IMG/VR virus record: IMGVR_UViG_3300035670_011224
Span: 32,001-96,000 of that record
Direction: 5' to 3' (one strand)
From: a virus
Length of the DNA stretch: 64,000 nucleotides
Of this stretch, positions 62,008-64,000 are shown piece by piece. Each line of letters starts with the position of its first letter. The stretch's first letter is position 1. The notes beneath the pieces were generated by a model. It saw only the letters and a program-made list of their open reading frames with translations, did no database searches and was not told the DNA's origin. The translations under genes and the position numbers were made by a program.

Positions 62008-63999
62008 TTAGCACCATTTAATACATTCGGTATAAGTATCACTATCTTCGTCAATATCACATTTCATACACCTATCTCCAAAACTACAGCCAACACAAGA
62101 TCCATCAACGCATTTTCTACATAATTTTTGACTACATTGATTAATACAAACAGCAGAACCTGGAAAAATTGATGAGCTACATATCTCACATTTTGTAGTG
62201 TCGCACTTTAGTACACACTCTCCATTTTGACACTCTTCGCATTTTTTAGGATCGCACTTAGTGACACATTGTCCATTTATACATACTTCACATTTATTTT
62301 TATCACATTTGTTAACACATCCACCTTTATTATCACACTCTTCGCATTTTTTACTATCGCAATTGATTATACAATTACCTCTAGAGTCGCATGTTTCGCA
62401 TTTAGCAGCGTCGCATTTTGCAACACATTTATTATTTTCGCACTTTTCACATAATATGCTACAATTAGGTACACAATTTCCACGTTCGCATCTTTCGCAT
62501 TCGTTACATTTTGATTCGCATTTTCCTTTTCCATCACATATTTCACAATTATTGCGATTACAAACAACAACACAACCGATTGGGCCACATACTTCACATT
62601 TGTCTGGATTACATATATATATACAGTTTTTATTTATACAACTTACGCAAGGATTGTTTTTACATTGCGAAACACAATTTCCACCAATACATTCTTCACA
62701 TAAAAATTCGTTACATGATGATTTACATACTCCTTGATCGCAATATTCACATTCTTTACAAGTAGACACACAATTTCCTTTGCCATCACATTGTAAACAT
62801 TGTTTTGAGTCACATCCACCATCTACACATTGATTATTAACACAAATTTGACAGTCATTACATATGTTGGTACATTTTCCACTAAGATCACAATCCGAAC
62901 AATCTCCACACTTAGGAACACACTCTCCTTTTGCATTATCGCATTTTAAACACGGAGATGCTTCCGAACATGATTTATATCCCTTATCGGTACAAACCGT
63001 ACATGGTGGACCTGATTCTACACAACTTCTACTACCATTTATCATTACACATTTTCTACCGGAACATTGTGGAGTAGAACATGGATCAACACACTTTCCA
63101 TTTACACAATCTAAACAAGGATCATCACAAAAACATTTTTCGTCTTTACATTTGCAAGATCCACATTCACAACAAGGGTCTTTTACACATTTTCCATCTT
63201 CACAAATTTCGCATAATAATTCATTGCATGACGATTTACAATGTCCATTTTTACATATTTCGCAATTATCTGGTTTACAAAATATTTTACAATCACCGAA
63301 TTCTTTATCGCACTCTTCACATTGTTCGGCTCTGCAAGTATATACGCATCTTCCTTGACCATCACACTCTAAACATTTTTTTGGATCACATGATGATACA
63401 CACTGTCCATTTTCACATATTTCGCAATTTAGATAATCACAACTATCTTTACAAAAAGATCCAGTACATCTCAAACAATTATTACTATCGCAACTATCTA
63501 CACATTTTCCATTTTCACAGTCGTAGCAGCCGTTACATTTGGGTGTACACCATCCACCAGAACAAATTTCACATTCATTGCATTGATTTTTACATACTCC
63601 GTTGTCACAAATTTCGCATTTACTTTTGTCACATTTAGAATAACATCTTCCAGATAAACATTCTAAGCAGCTTTTGGGATCGCAAGGATCTACGCATTTA
63701 GAATTACCGTCACAAACTAAACATGAATTTTTACCACCACAAGCACTTACACATTGGTCATTTTCGCACACCATACAATTTTTACCGTCACAACCATCCA
63801 CGCACTGATCGTCGATACATCTTTGACAACCACTACACGAATTGTAACATGTGCCATCGCAACGCAAACAATTACCACTACATTTTGGAACACATTCACC
63901 TGTTTGATAATTACATACTAAACACGAAGACGCTTGAGAACATGGTAGATAACCCTGTTGTGTACAAGCTCTACAAAATCCTCCATTATCAACACACGA
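62008..63999 (-). CDS. Cysteine-rich repeat protein (C-x4-CxxC-x2/3-G-x-C), 5'-truncated by the window
   Basis: Frame is open to the window edge (SCVDNGGFCRAC...); about 30 units such as CDPKKCEECQNGECV. Confidence 0.8.
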   Translation of the reverse strand, partial: SCVDNGGFCRACTQQGYLPCSQASSCLVCNYQTGECVPKCSGNCLRCDGTCYNSCSGCQRCIDDQCVDGCDGKNCMVCENDQCVSACGGKNSCLVCDGNSKCVDPCDPKSCLECLSGRCYSKCDKSKCEICDNGVCKNQCNECEICSGGWCTPKCNGCYDCENGKCVDSCDSNNCLRCTGSFCKDSCDYLNCEICENGQCVSSCDPKKCLECDGQGRCVYTCRAEQCEECDKEFGDCKIFCKPDNCEICKNGHCKSSCNELLCEICEDGKCVKDPCCECGSCKCKDEKCFCDDPCLDCVNGKCVDPCSTPQCSGRKCVMINGSRSCVESGPPCTVCTDKGYKSCSEASPCLKCDNAKGECVPKCGDCSDCDLSGKCTNICNDCQICVNNQCVDGGCDSKQCLQCDGKGNCVSTCKECEYCDQGVCKSSCNEFLCEECIGGNCVSQCKNNPCVSCINKNCIYICNPDKCEVCGPIGCVVVCNRNNCEICDGKGKCESKCNECERCERGNCVPNCSILCEKCENNKCVAKCDAAKCETCDSRGNCIINCDSKKCEECDNKGGCVNKCDKNKCEVCINGQCVTKCDPKKCEECQNGECVLKCDTTKCEICSSSIFPGSAVCINQCSQKLCRKCVDGSCVGCSFGDRCMKCDIDEDSDTYTECIKWC

Positions 64000-64000
64000 A

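Noticed and set aside
60657-63638. His/Gln-rich plus-strand and alternate-frame ORFs
   Set aside because: Shadows of TGT/TGC-rich cysteine genes.
1-64000. Eukaryotic or NCLDV origin suggested by mucin/Cys-rich genes
   Set aside because: DnaE, DnaB, bacterial SSB, RecA, sigma70 promoters, RBSs and coupled operons indicate a bacteriophage.
1-64000. Complete DGR (RT plus template repeat), tRNAs, or stop-codon reassignment
   Set aside because: No RT ORF, no second copy of the 48.7-kb patch and no tRNA was recognised by eye. Conserved genes are full length under the standard bacterial code.

Overview
AT-rich (~30% GC by eye) 64-kb segment of a large tailed bacteriophage genome. The host is unknown; a Planctomycete/PVC-like aquatic host is only a guess. 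1-9358 (+): end of a giant structural gene plus a 2600-aa putative virion protein. The rest is on the minus strand. 9.4-31 kb: replication/recombination module with RecA, DnaB, primase, dNMP kinase, a Cas4-like nuclease carrying a class 3 intein, DnaE in THREE separate ORFs (one break occupied by a LAGLIDADG homing endonuclease), DEDDh exonuclease, SSB and a Rad52-like annealase, with a block of intact and degenerate glycosyltransferase-fold genes embedded. 31-38.3 kb: nucleotide metabolism (dCMP deaminase, nrdB/nrdA, MazG-like, PhoH, HNH). 38.3-45.4 kb: glycan-modification cluster (two RgpF-like proteins, sulfotransferases, a three-domain glycosyltransferase). 45.4-64 kb: mucin/extensin-like Pro-Thr and Pro-Pro-Ser proteins carrying lectin-like heads (two circularly permuted FGE-sulfatase/CLec domains, LecA-like, BNR propeller), very Cys-rich repeat proteins, and a membrane/lysis-like module with an intein-containing papain-like protease. 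The best candidates for new biology are a phage-encoded glycosylated/sulfated 'mucin coat' with shuffled adhesin heads, a DGR-like hypervariable patch inside a permuted CLec domain, and the tripartite DnaE. All calls come from motif recognition by eye; no searches were run.
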